A stretch of 32,000 bases of DNA from Candidatus Saccharimonadota bacterium (GCA_016432445.1 CP066689.1:1-32000); one strand, 5' to 3'; positions 22,469 to 30,313 are shown, numbered from the stretch's first letter. The notes: generated from the letters alone by a model not told the origin. Program-made: numbers and translations.

Positions 22469-22672
22469 ATGACCAACAAACACTGGGAGTATTTTGCGTA
22501 CAGATATCTTTATATTAATACTGTATGTATCGTCATCCTTTTGGAGCTGATCATCTTTAACAGCTATTATTTATCTGTATTTATAATAATTTTAGCATTC
22601 AGACTTCTAGCCAATTTTACTAAGTCTAAAAAGATAACCCCTCAAGCTAAAAGTATTGTTGCGAAGATTTAA
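22469..22672 (+). CDS. hypothetical small membrane protein (weak)
   Basis: 67-aa ORF with two hydrophobic segments and no motif support. Its stop overlaps the thyA stop. Confidence 0.3.
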   Translation: MTNKHWEYFAYRYLYINTVCIVILLELIIFNSYYLSVFIIILAFRLLANFTKSKKITPQAKSIVAKI

Positions 22673-23652
22673 ACTTTATTCTTACTCTTTTCATAGTATC
22701 CGCCAACAACCGAAAGTTCTCCTTTTATAGGCGGGTGGGGATTGTAATTTTCAAGTATAACGTGCTCAGGCCTGAAATCATCAATATCTTTAACTGAAGA
22801 GTCAATCTTAATTGTAGGAAAAGACCTTGGCTCTCTTTTTATCTGCTCTTTTACTTGGGTCAAATGATTTTCATAAATATGAACATCGCCAAAAGTATGA
22901 ACAAACTCTCCAGGCTCATAACCTGTAACTTTCGCAATGATAAAAGTAAGCAAAGCGTAACTGGCAATATTAAAAGGAACACCTAAGAAAACATCAGCAC
23001 TGCGCTGATAAAGCTGAAGATTCAATTTGCCTTTTTTCATATTGATTTGGTACATATTGTGACAGATTGGGAAGTAAGAAGTATCCTCAGGTTGAGCCAT
23101 GGTGTATAAATACTCAGGGTTCCATGAATTAACAATAGTATTGTGAGCATAAGGATCCTCTTTTATCTCATTGACCACCCATAATAACTGATCTATTGTT
23201 CTTGCGGGCTTGCCTCGCCGAAGCCCAGCGTAGGCGGGCCATTTTCTCCACATCTCGCCATAAATTCTAGGAAGTTCTCCATGTTTTCTAGCAAACTTAT
23301 CATCCGTCTTTATCTTTTCAATAAACTCCTCTTTATCTAAGATCTTAGATCTTAGATCTTGGATCTTAGATTTGTAAATTTTATAAGGGTAATCGTCCCA
23401 AATGTGAACATTATTATCAACTAGATATTTAATGTTAGTTTGGCCGGACATAAACCAATAAAGTTCATGTAAAACTCCTTTCCAGTAAACACGCTTTGTT
23501 GTTAAAAGAGGCAGTCCTTTAGATAAATCAAAACGGATCTGACGGCCAAAAACTCCATAGGAGTAAACATCGGCTCCCCGGTCATGGTTTTTATCACCGT
23601 TTTTCAAAATATCCTTAAGTAGATTTAGATATTGGTATTCTGGATGATCCAT
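22669..23652 (-). CDS. thyA: thymidylate synthase (ThyA)
   Basis: RFDLSKGLPLLTTKRV, HELYWFMSGQTN, IVNSWNP, catalytic Cys in FPICHNMYQ, LYQRSADVFLGVPFNIASYALL, FGDVHIYENH. The ATG at 23652 (MDHPEYQYL) is preferred. Two repeat-derived inserts. Confidence 0.92.
   Translation of the reverse strand: MDHPEYQYLNLLKDILKNGDKNHDRGADVYSYGVFGRQIRFDLSKGLPLLTTKRVYWKGVLHELYWFMSGQTNIKYLVDNNVHIWDDYPYKIYKSKIQDLRSKILDKEEFIEKIKTDDKFARKHGELPRIYGEMWRKWPAYAGLRRGKPARTIDQLLWVVNEIKEDPYAHNTIVNSWNPEYLYTMAQPEDTSYFPICHNMYQINMKKGKLNLQLYQRSADVFLGVPFNIASYALLTFIIAKVTGYEPGEFVHTFGDVHIYENHLTQVKEQIKREPRSFPTIKIDSSVKDIDDFRPEHVILENYNPHPPIKGELSVVGGYYEKSKNKV
23211..23240. repeat. 30-nt GC-rich element in-frame in thyA, second copy at 16771..16800
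   Basis: tgcctcgccgaagcccagcgtaggcgggcc versus tgcctcgccgaagcctagcgaaggcgggtc (27 of 30 identical). Read on opposite strands in the two genes: PAYAGLRRGK versus SASPKPSEGGS. Confidence 0.85.
23335..23373. repeat. family C heptamer array in-frame in thyA
   Basis: atctaag atcttag atcttag atcttgg atcttag attt, which on the coding strand gives KSKIQDLRSKILD. Confidence 0.9.
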
Positions 23653-23656
23653 AATT

Positions 23657-23743
23657 AAATCCAAAGTTCAAATGTCAAATGTCAAAACAAATCCAAAAAA
23701 AAATTATAAATTATTTGATATTTGACATTTGGATTTTGACATT
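23657..23743. repeat. family A heptamer hairpin array between dcd-like and thyA
   Basis: aaatccaaagttcaaatgtcaaatgtcaaaacaaatcc ... atttgatatttgacatttggattttgacatt. Confidence 0.8.
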
Positions 23744-23747
23744 ACAT

Positions 23748-24290
23748 TTATACTTGCGTTTCCTTTTTCTTCGTCGTTACTCTTCCTCCCTGCCATTGCC
23801 CGCGGTACATATTACCTCCTCCGTCAACCCAGTAAAACTGGGCATGAACAATCCTGGCGCCAAGTTCAACGGTAACGGGAAGTGGCCCTTCATTTTTTAA
23901 AGCAAAAGTAAGTTTTCCGCTGTAACCCGGAGCCACATTACCTGTACGTAAAAATAATCCGCTGCGGAAAGTTGTAGTCCGCGGCTTCATATTACAGGTT
24001 ATGTCTTGGGGAAGATTAACCTCTTCGATAGTGGAAACGAGATAATATTTTCCCGGTTCAAAAGTAAAACTTTTTTGTTTTTTATTTTGATAACTAACTA
24101 AAGTTTTAATCTGCGGAGTTTCCCGTTCAGTCACTCCCAAAAAAGCCCGGCCACCAGAAATCTCATGAACTTCACCCAGTCGCAGGTCAAAACCGGCTCC
24201 TTCCGGATTAGTCAGTTCCCGCTCACTTAAATTAGAAACGAGCTTATTTTCTTTAACTAATTCCAGTAATTTTTTTGGCCCAATAATCAT
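23748..24290 (-). CDS. dcd: dCTP deaminase / dUTPase-superfamily protein (Dcd-like, catalytic residues apparently substituted)
   Basis: Aligns by eye with E. coli Dcd: GAGFDLRLG, FEPGKYYLVSTIEEVNLPQDI, PRTTTFRSGLFL, VAPGYSGKLTFALKNEG. However, Ala sits where E. coli has E138 (VLEFYN) and where it has the Asp of IDPGWSG. The start overlaps the upstream stop (ATGA). Confidence 0.75.
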   Translation of the reverse strand: MIIGPKKLLELVKENKLVSNLSERELTNPEGAGFDLRLGEVHEISGGRAFLGVTERETPQIKTLVSYQNKKQKSFTFEPGKYYLVSTIEEVNLPQDITCNMKPRTTTFRSGLFLRTGNVAPGYSGKLTFALKNEGPLPVTVELGARIVHAQFYWVDGGGNMYRGQWQGGRVTTKKKETQV

Positions 24291-25074
24291 ACTATTCCCA
24301 CCTCCTTAACTTCATATTCTCCATTATTTTTAAAGTTTACCTCAAAAATACGTAAATTTTTGGCTAAGTGCCTTGCGGTTTCAAATAAATGGTTATCGGT
24401 TTCTTCAGATAATACTTCATAAAGATACTCAGCATCCTGGTTTTCGAAAAGTTTAACAGCCTTATTCTCAATTAATTTTTGGGAGAGTTCTTTATGGCGG
24501 CTATCAACCAATGTCCGGTGAAAAATAAAAACCTGAACTTTTTTGATTCCTCCTTCATCGGTTTGCAGTTCATACTGAGGCTTAATTCCATAATCTCCGC
24601 GGACGACAAGCACAGCTCCTTCCATGTGATCTCCATGCAAAACTACCTCATTGGCTCCTTTCTCTTTTAGCTCTTGAGCGGTTTTTTTAATTGATTCTGC
24701 CTGTTCTTTGGTTACTTTATAAGCCTCATTCTCCGTGGTTATCAGTTTGATGTGTCCACAGCCTCCGGCAGCTAAATTTTTAACCGCATGGGAGTCCGTA
24801 TGAAAACTAAAGTTTCCAACGCCACCAACAAACTCAATTAATGTATCAGAAGTTTTTTGCAGATTAACCTCAAAACCAAACTCATTGCCTGCAGCTGCAA
24901 TTATAGCCAGATCCCCCAGATCACCGCCGGGAATTCCAAGAGCCGGCAAGTCAGAAGAGTTTTCATATCTACCATCAATACAGCGGCTTAAGAATTTTTG
25001 TTTTTCACTTACTGTGTAGCTATTGTGAGCCACCAACTCCTGAACTTCAGCTAAATTTAAAATGAATTTTTTCA
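24287..25074 (-). CDS. uncharacterised protein, paralog-like to the 17950..19227 product (CxDGR / HTDSH...GCGH motifs)
   Basis: The ATG at 25074 (MKKFILNL) is preferred, with TATAAT 7 nt upstream. Motifs SRCIDGRY, FSFHTDSHAVKNLAAGGCGH and VVLHGDHMEGAVLVV. Translationally coupled to the dcd-like gene. Confidence 0.7.
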
Positions 25075-25089
25075 TGTTAAAATTATACC
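25075..25089. promoter_or_regulatory. 15-bp divergent spacer with back-to-back -10 boxes (leaderless divergent pair)
   Basis: Plus strand reads cat gttaaaaattatacc atg. Minus strand reads ggTATAATttttaacATG. The plus strand has the A/T-rich TAAAAATTATA 2-7 nt before ATG 25090. Confidence 0.45.
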
Positions 25090-26238
25090 ATGACCCCCGT
25101 TTACGTTTTTGATCCAACGGCTAGTGACCTTTTAAGCCGAGTCCGCGGCATCGGCCGCTATCTCCAACTCCTTAAAGAAAACTTTAGCAACGAATTCATT
25201 TTCTCAGATAAACTACCCTCAACTCACAACTCACAACCCATAACCTTCATCAACCCTTTCTTTGACCCTCTTAAAACACCCTTACTGATGAAAAGAATCG
25301 CGCAAAAACAAATTGCCGTCATCCATGACCTTATTCCCCTTAAATATCCTTTTCATTTTCCTGTTGGCATTCGGGGAAAATTGAATATATTTCTAAATAA
25401 ACTAGCTCTCAAAAATTATGATTTAATCATCACCGATTCGCAAACCAGTAAAAAAGATATCGTTAATATTTTAAAAGTGAAAAGTGAAAAGTTAAAAGTT
25501 ATCTACCCCACTCTCACTGGCATTTTTTTTGATAGTCGATCTTCGACAATCGATCTTCGAACATCAAATATCGAAAATCGAAAATCTAAGATCAAAGATC
25601 TAAGATCAAACTATCTTATTTACGTAGGGGACGCCACCTGGAATAAAAATCTGGTAAATCTTACGAAAGCAATTAAATTCGCCAATGTCACCTGCATTTT
25701 CGTCGGAAAAATATTTACAAATTATTTGACAGGTGGCGCGAATTTAGGGATCCCGTCAGCGCGCAGTTTTGGACGAGCACTGATGGGAAAAAATGAGCGA
25801 CAGAATCTGTCAAATAACCAACTCGACCATCCCTGGCAAAAAGACCTTAAAGAATTTCTAGAAATCACTCAAAACGACAAGCACTTTATTTTCCCAGGAT
25901 TTGTTAAAGATGAGGAATTAATCTCACTTTACAAAAATGCCGTTGCTAACATTCTTGTTTCCCGCGACGAAGGCTTTGGCTTCTCTTACTTTGAAGCTGC
26001 TTCCCAAGGGACCCCTTCAATTTTAAGCGATATTTCAATATTTCACGAAACTGCCGCTGATGCAGCTTTATTTGCCGATCCCAATAACCCTCAAGATATT
26101 GCCGATAAGATCAATGAACTTTTTACTAATAAGGAATTTGCCCAAAAACTGGGAAATAAGGCCAAACACCGAACTCTAAGCTTTTCTCCAAAAAAATTTA
26201 AGGAAGATTTATTGAAGATAATAAATGATAACTGGTAA
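25090..26238 (+). CDS. glycosyltransferase family 1 (GT4-type)
   Basis: The C-terminal half has the GT1 E-x7-E region (VSRDEGFGFSYFEAASQGTPSI) and LYKNAVANILVS. Carries a family E half-array, a TKAAAAG array, a D/C array and the 96-nt element, all in-frame. Confidence 0.85.
   Translation: MTPVYVFDPTASDLLSRVRGIGRYLQLLKENFSNEFIFSDKLPSTHNSQPITFINPFFDPLKTPLLMKRIAQKQIAVIHDLIPLKYPFHFPVGIRGKLNIFLNKLALKNYDLIITDSQTSKKDIVNILKVKSEKLKVIYPTLTGIFFDSRSSTIDLRTSNIENRKSKIKDLRSNYLIYVGDATWNKNLVNLTKAIKFANVTCIFVGKIFTNYLTGGANLGIPSARSFGRALMGKNERQNLSNNQLDHPWQKDLKEFLEITQNDKHFIFPGFVKDEELISLYKNAVANILVSRDEGFGFSYFEAASQGTPSILSDISIFHETAADAALFADPNNPQDIADKINELFTNKEFAQKLGNKAKHRTLSFSPKKFKEDLLKIINDNW
25218..25245 (+). repeat. 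family E half-array (C-rich arm only) in-frame in the GT gene
   Basis: ctcaactcacaactcacaacccataacc, encoding STHNSQPIT. Confidence 0.75.
25471..25498 (+). repeat. four tandem 7-nt units TKAAAAG in-frame
   Basis: ttaaaag tgaaaag tgaaaag ttaaaag, encoding LKVKSEKLKV. May be partly native sequence. Confidence 0.6.
25536..25610 (+). repeat. family D/C heptamer array (10-11 units) in-frame in the GT gene
   Basis: tcgatct tcgacaa tcgatct tcgaaca tcaaata tcgaaaa tcgaaaa tctaaga tcaaaga tctaaga tcaaa. Same unit order as the fmt array. Encodes SRSSTIDLRTSNIENRKSKIKDLRSN. Confidence 0.9.
25722..25817 (+). repeat. 96-nt hairpin element, copy 2 (in-frame in the GT gene)
   Basis: The termini ttatttgacag ... 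ctgtcaaataa form a perfect 11-bp inverted repeat. Encodes YLTGGANLGIPSARSFGRALMGKNERQNLSNN. Confidence 0.9.
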
Positions 26239-26253
26239 ACTCAAGTATTGGAA

Positions 26254-28011
26254 ATGAAAAAATTTATAATCTTTATAATTATTATAGCCGTTATAACGGT
26301 TATACATGTAAACGAAATATATGCCTCAGGAATTCAGGGTGATGCTGACGGTAATGGCGTCGTTAACAGCGTTGATTATTTTTATTATGTTGCCTCTGTT
26401 AATGGAGGTCACGTTCCAAGTTCTGTTAATCTTGATTTTAATGAAGATGGCGAGGTTGGACTTTTCGACCGTGCGATTATTATCAGCCACATCAGTAACC
26501 CAACTCCGACGCCAACATCTGCGTTAGGGAAAACAAATTTACCTCCCGGCATTTACGTTTATTACGACTGGGAAAGCCTTGATCCTGCAGTTTATCCCTG
26601 GATTAAAGGCGGAGAAATCGCAACCCGGTGGAACCTTATCGAACCTGAAGAAGGAACAATGAGCTGGACTGATCTTGAAAAATGGATTGATAATAATGCC
26701 AGAAAAAATAAAGGCATTACTCTAAAAATTACGGCTCACGACCGCGACTACAGCGGCATCCCCAACTGGATTTATGCAAGACATAATGTGCCGAAAATAA
26801 AAATCGGTGATCAAAACTGCAGTTATAATTCCAACTGTTTTTATCCCAAATGGTGGGATACTAATTTTATAAACAAATATACCAATATGATTAAACGGGT
26901 CGGAGAAAAATATAATAATGATCCCAGAATTGGAGCCATCATTGTGGCTATTGGTGAATATGGAGAAGCTTTTCCAGGCTATGGCAATCTAAGTTGGGAT
27001 ACCACACCCAAAAATCATGATCAATATTGGGAGGAAGCAGGCCTTACTCCTGATATTTGGATAAACTACAGCAAAAAAATAATTGATGCTTATGTAAAAG
27101 CTTTTCCCAATAAACTGCTTTTTCTTTTGGAGCAGGCATTTGAAGGCAAAAATAATGACGCCCTTACTGATTATGCCGCCTCTTCTGGAGTCAATATGGG
27201 ATTTGCCGGATTAACCGCTGACAATGACCACAATAGCCGGTGGTACACTCCTTTTTCTAAATATGTTGAAACTGGCACTCTTTTGGGCAGACTTGAACAA
27301 GGTTATGGCGGAAGTATAAGTCCGCGTTTAGTTTACTGGTCAGCTTTGAATGCTTTACGCAATCACGCTTATATTATCTCTTTTTATGGACAACCCAACA
27401 AAGATCAAGCAAACTCTGAAACTCTCAACTTCGCCAATAAATATGCCGGCACGAAAATAAAAGATACTCCGGGCGCCTGGATTGCTTTTAAAGGCAAGCC
27501 GGGTGATGATGTGATTTGGCAAGGTCATGAGGGAAATTATGAGTTTTGGATTAAACAGATTAACCCGGAAACAACTACCTTGCCTGTTTTTGATTGGGAT
27601 AAACCCAACCAGACTTTAAAAAATGCAGGAACAAAAGAAGGTATGTACTCAAGAAAAACTGATCTCTCAACCGGTAAGAATACTTTTTACCTTAATATTT
27701 ATGATCAATATGTTTCTGCTTTAAATAATGCCCGATTTAATACTTTAGTTATTGGTAAACAGGCAAAAATTACAGTTAAATATTTGAATAATAACAATGG
27801 CCAGATAGTAGTAAAATACGATAGTTTTTCAGGAGCAAAAACAGCCGGAATAGTAACCAAGACAAATACAAATACCTGGGAATCAGTGAGCTTTACAGTC
27901 ACTGATGCTTATTTTAATAACCGCCTGAATAATAATTCTGATATTACCATAACTGCTTCAGGCGAAAATGCCACCCTTCACATGGTTGAAGTCGAGATTG
28001 AACAGCCGTAG
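26254..28011 (+). CDS. secreted dockerin-repeat protein with a putative glycoside-hydrolase-like (TIM-barrel) domain
   Basis: Signal peptide (FIIFIIIIAVITVIHVNEIYA), dockerin/EF-hand-like repeats (DADGNGVVNSVD, DFNEDGEVGLFD) and a PTPTPT linker. This is followed by WNLIEPEEGTMSWTDLEKWID, which resembles GH5/GH42-type N-terminal strands. ATG 26254 is preferred over TTG 26248. The catalytic assignment is tentative. Confidence 0.7.
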   Translation: MKKFIIFIIIIAVITVIHVNEIYASGIQGDADGNGVVNSVDYFYYVASVNGGHVPSSVNLDFNEDGEVGLFDRAIIISHISNPTPTPTSALGKTNLPPGIYVYYDWESLDPAVYPWIKGGEIATRWNLIEPEEGTMSWTDLEKWIDNNARKNKGITLKITAHDRDYSGIPNWIYARHNVPKIKIGDQNCSYNSNCFYPKWWDTNFINKYTNMIKRVGEKYNNDPRIGAIIVAIGEYGEAFPGYGNLSWDTTPKNHDQYWEEAGLTPDIWINYSKKIIDAYVKAFPNKLLFLLEQAFEGKNNDALTDYAASSGVNMGFAGLTADNDHNSRWYTPFSKYVETGTLLGRLEQGYGGSISPRLVYWSALNALRNHAYIISFYGQPNKDQANSETLNFANKYAGTKIKDTPGAWIAFKGKPGDDVIWQGHEGNYEFWIKQINPETTTLPVFDWDKPNQTLKNAGTKEGMYSRKTDLSTGKNTFYLNIYDQYVSALNNARFNTLVIGKQAKITVKYLNNNNGQIVVKYDSFSGAKTAGIVTKTNTNTWESVSFTVTDAYFNNRLNNNSDITITASGENATLHMVEVEIEQP

Positions 28012-28812
28012 ACTATTTTCTACAGTAATTTTAGTTAATTTATCAAAATCAACTTTAATAATATCGGCTATAAATTTTCCAATCAATAATAAATTTGAAG
28101 GAGTGTTAGGATATTTTTTTTGAGTTCTTAAAGGTTCAGGCAGTAAAAATGGCGCATCAGTTTCTAAAACTAACTGATCTAAAGGAATTTTTTTAATAAA
28201 ACTTTGTTTTTCTTTTGAGTAAGTAATGTCACCGTCAACGCCAATGTAAATTTTGTGTTCCACTGCAAACTTTAAAAGCTCGCCATCAGGTTCACAGCAA
28301 TGAAAAACTGTTTTACCTTCTAACTTAGGATCCCATTTCTCCTTTAAAATTTTAAGCACATCTTCTTTAGCCTCACGGTTATGAATGATTAAACTTTTAT
28401 CATATTTTATGGCTAAATCTAACTGCTTTTTAAATAACTCTTTTTGCAGATCAATAAATTTTTCATCAACTTCATAATCCGAATACTTCGTCTTGCCGTA
28501 TGAATGCCTGTCTATTCCCACTTCGCCCACCGCCACCACCCTATCATTTTTTAATGATTGCTCTAATTCTTCTAAATTAATTTGAAATTTAAAATTTGAA
28601 ATTTGAAATTCATAGATGTGATGCGGATGTATGCCTACGGCTGCATAAACTCCTTCATGTTCGCCGGCTATCTCCACGGCTTTTCTTGAAGAAACAATGT
28701 CTGTCCCCGGGATAAGAATATAATCCACACCCGACGTTTTAGCTTGTATTAAAACTTCATCAATCTTGTTTTTGAAAGCATCAAAATTTAAATGGCAGTG
28801 AGTATCAAACAT
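27958..28812 (-). CDS. tatD: TatD-family metal-dependent DNase/hydrolase
   Basis: MFDTHCHLNF, GIHPHH, VAVGEVGIDRH, LIIHNREA, FHCC and LETDAPFL motifs. The 3' end overlaps the convergent upstream gene by 54 nt. One heptamer insert. Confidence 0.88.
   Translation of the reverse strand: MFDTHCHLNFDAFKNKIDEVLIQAKTSGVDYILIPGTDIVSSRKAVEIAGEHEGVYAAVGIHPHHIYEFQISNFKFQINLEELEQSLKNDRVVAVGEVGIDRHSYGKTKYSDYEVDEKFIDLQKELFKKQLDLAIKYDKSLIIHNREAKEDVLKILKEKWDPKLEGKTVFHCCEPDGELLKFAVEHKIYIGVDGDITYSKEKQSFIKKIPLDQLVLETDAPFLLPEPLRTQKKYPNTPSNLLLIGKFIADIIKVDFDKLTKITVENSLRLFNLDFNHVKGGIFA
28579..28611. repeat. heptamer array (AATTTGA units) in-frame in tatD
   Basis: aatttga aatttaa aatttga aatttga aattc, which on the coding strand gives EFQISNFKFQIN. 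The peptide core is the same as in tgt. Confidence 0.85.
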
Positions 28813-28828
28813 TGTTAAATACTTTGGC

Positions 28829-29725
28829 CTAAAGGAAAAGGGTTGGATAAACTGGTTTATTAAGCATCTGCTGTAGTAAGGTAGGTAAAAGATTAGAACT
28901 CATAATGGCTGACATTGCAAAGAACAATCCGATAACCAATAATATTCCTCCTATAATCGACAAAATAATCCAAATCATAGGTCTCTTAACCTTATCAGGA
29001 ACTGAAAGATTTTTGTATATCTCATAAATATAGGCAATTATAAAAGGTCCGGCAATAAAAGAAATAACTGTTGAAATTAAGCGTAAAGAATTATTTTCAT
29101 TAAAAGAAAATGAAAGCTGAATAAACCAAACAACTCCATAAACTAGAGCCAGTCTTCCCAAAATACCCCAGAATCTTTGACTAACCATCTGTTTGCTTAC
29201 CCATAAATTATCCAACCCCTTTCTTTTTTGTTTAAGATAAACAAAAACCCCAAATACCCCCCATACTCCCCATACTATCCAAACTACCCCTAAACTTAAA
29301 AATCCATAAATTGAAAGCCCAAATGAAAACAAAATCAGTAATATTGTGTAACGGAAATATCCCCAAACCAAGGGTCTGACTTTTTTTATAGTCTCGATTG
29401 AACCTAGCTTTGGATCATGGATTAATGATTCGTTTATGGCCAGCTGTCCCCAGCTGGCAATATAAATTACAGAAATTACAAAAATAACCAAAACTACTAC
29501 GCCCAGAAAAAAGACTAAAACAGTTAATTTTGTTAAGGAATAGATTAAAAAAACTATTCCTGTCAATAATGCTCCCCCAAATAGTACTACTAATGTTGAG
29601 AAAAAAGTAATAAACAAAATCAGGAAATAAGTAAGAAATCTTTCCTTTGTTCTTATGAAGGCCTGTTTAAATAAACTCTCTATCTGCCAGCCTGAACTTA
29701 CAGATGCGGATATATCCTTTTCCAT
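28829..29725 (-). CDS. polytopic membrane protein (hypothetical)
   Basis: 298-aa ORF with about 7 hydrophobic helices and no recognisable motif. Confidence 0.65.
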   Translation of the reverse strand: MEKDISASVSSGWQIESLFKQAFIRTKERFLTYFLILFITFFSTLVVLFGGALLTGIVFLIYSLTKLTVLVFFLGVVVLVIFVISVIYIASWGQLAINESLIHDPKLGSIETIKKVRPLVWGYFRYTILLILFSFGLSIYGFLSLGVVWIVWGVWGVFGVFVYLKQKRKGLDNLWVSKQMVSQRFWGILGRLALVYGVVWFIQLSFSFNENNSLRLISTVISFIAGPFIIAYIYEIYKNLSVPDKVKRPMIWIILSIIGGILLVIGLFFAMSAIMSSNLLPTLLQQMLNKPVYPTLFL

Positions 29726-29767
29726 AAGATTAATGTAAATTATCTTTCCCCGGATGTCAAGTAATAT

Positions 29768-29840
29768 GAGATCTTAGATGTTAGATCTTTGATCTTAGAA
29801 AGAATAATATCTAAGATCTGAGATCTCAGATCCGAGATCT
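29768..29840. repeat. family C heptamer hairpin element
   Basis: Left arm gagatcttagatgttagatctttgatcttaga (32 nt, identical to 30314-30345), right arm tctaagatctgagatctcagatccgagatct. Confidence 0.9.
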
Positions 29841-29865
29841 TGACATATCTAAAATGTGCTATACT
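29840..29865 (+). promoter_or_regulatory. candidate rpiB promoter (extended -10), leaderless-type
   Basis: TTGACA (29840-29845), 14 nt ending in tgc, then TATACT (29860-29865), then 7 nt and ATG 29873. Confidence 0.4.
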
Positions 29866-29872
29866 AAAGATC

Positions 29873-30310
29873 ATGACCATCTTCATCGGTACCGACCACC
29901 GTGGATTTGAGCTTAAAAATAAACTACTGGATTATCTTCAGGATAAAAATATCCGGGTTGAGGACATGGGTAATTATGAGTACGATGCCGAAGACGATAA
30001 CCCAGATTATGCCAAAAAAGTAGCTCAAGCTGTTCTTCAGAATCCTTCAGAGTTTTTAGGCATTGTTATCTGCGGATCAGGAATAGGAGTCAGTATGGCC
30101 GCTAACCGCTTTAAAGGCATCCGCTGTGCTTTAGGTTTTGATATTTCACAAGTTAAACACGGCCGGGAGAATGATCATATTAATGTTCTGGCCATACCTG
30201 CAGAGTATACAGATTTTGAGACTGCCACTCAAATGATAGACACGTTTATCCAAACTCCAATTATCAAAAAAGAAAAATATTTAAGAAGATCAAGAAAGCT
30301 AGATGAATAA
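29873..30310 (+). CDS. rpiB: ribose-5-phosphate isomerase B (RpiB/LacA/LacB family)
   Basis: MTIFIGTDHRGFELK, VICGSGIGVSMAANRFKGIRCA and NVLAIPAEY. ATG 29873 is preferred over the track TTG at 29840, which lies inside the repeat/promoter. Confidence 0.9.
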   Translation: MTIFIGTDHRGFELKNKLLDYLQDKNIRVEDMGNYEYDAEDDNPDYAKKVAQAVLQNPSEFLGIVICGSGIGVSMAANRFKGIRCALGFDISQVKHGRENDHINVLAIPAEYTDFETATQMIDTFIQTPIIKKEKYLRRSRKLDE

Positions 30311-30313
30311 AAT

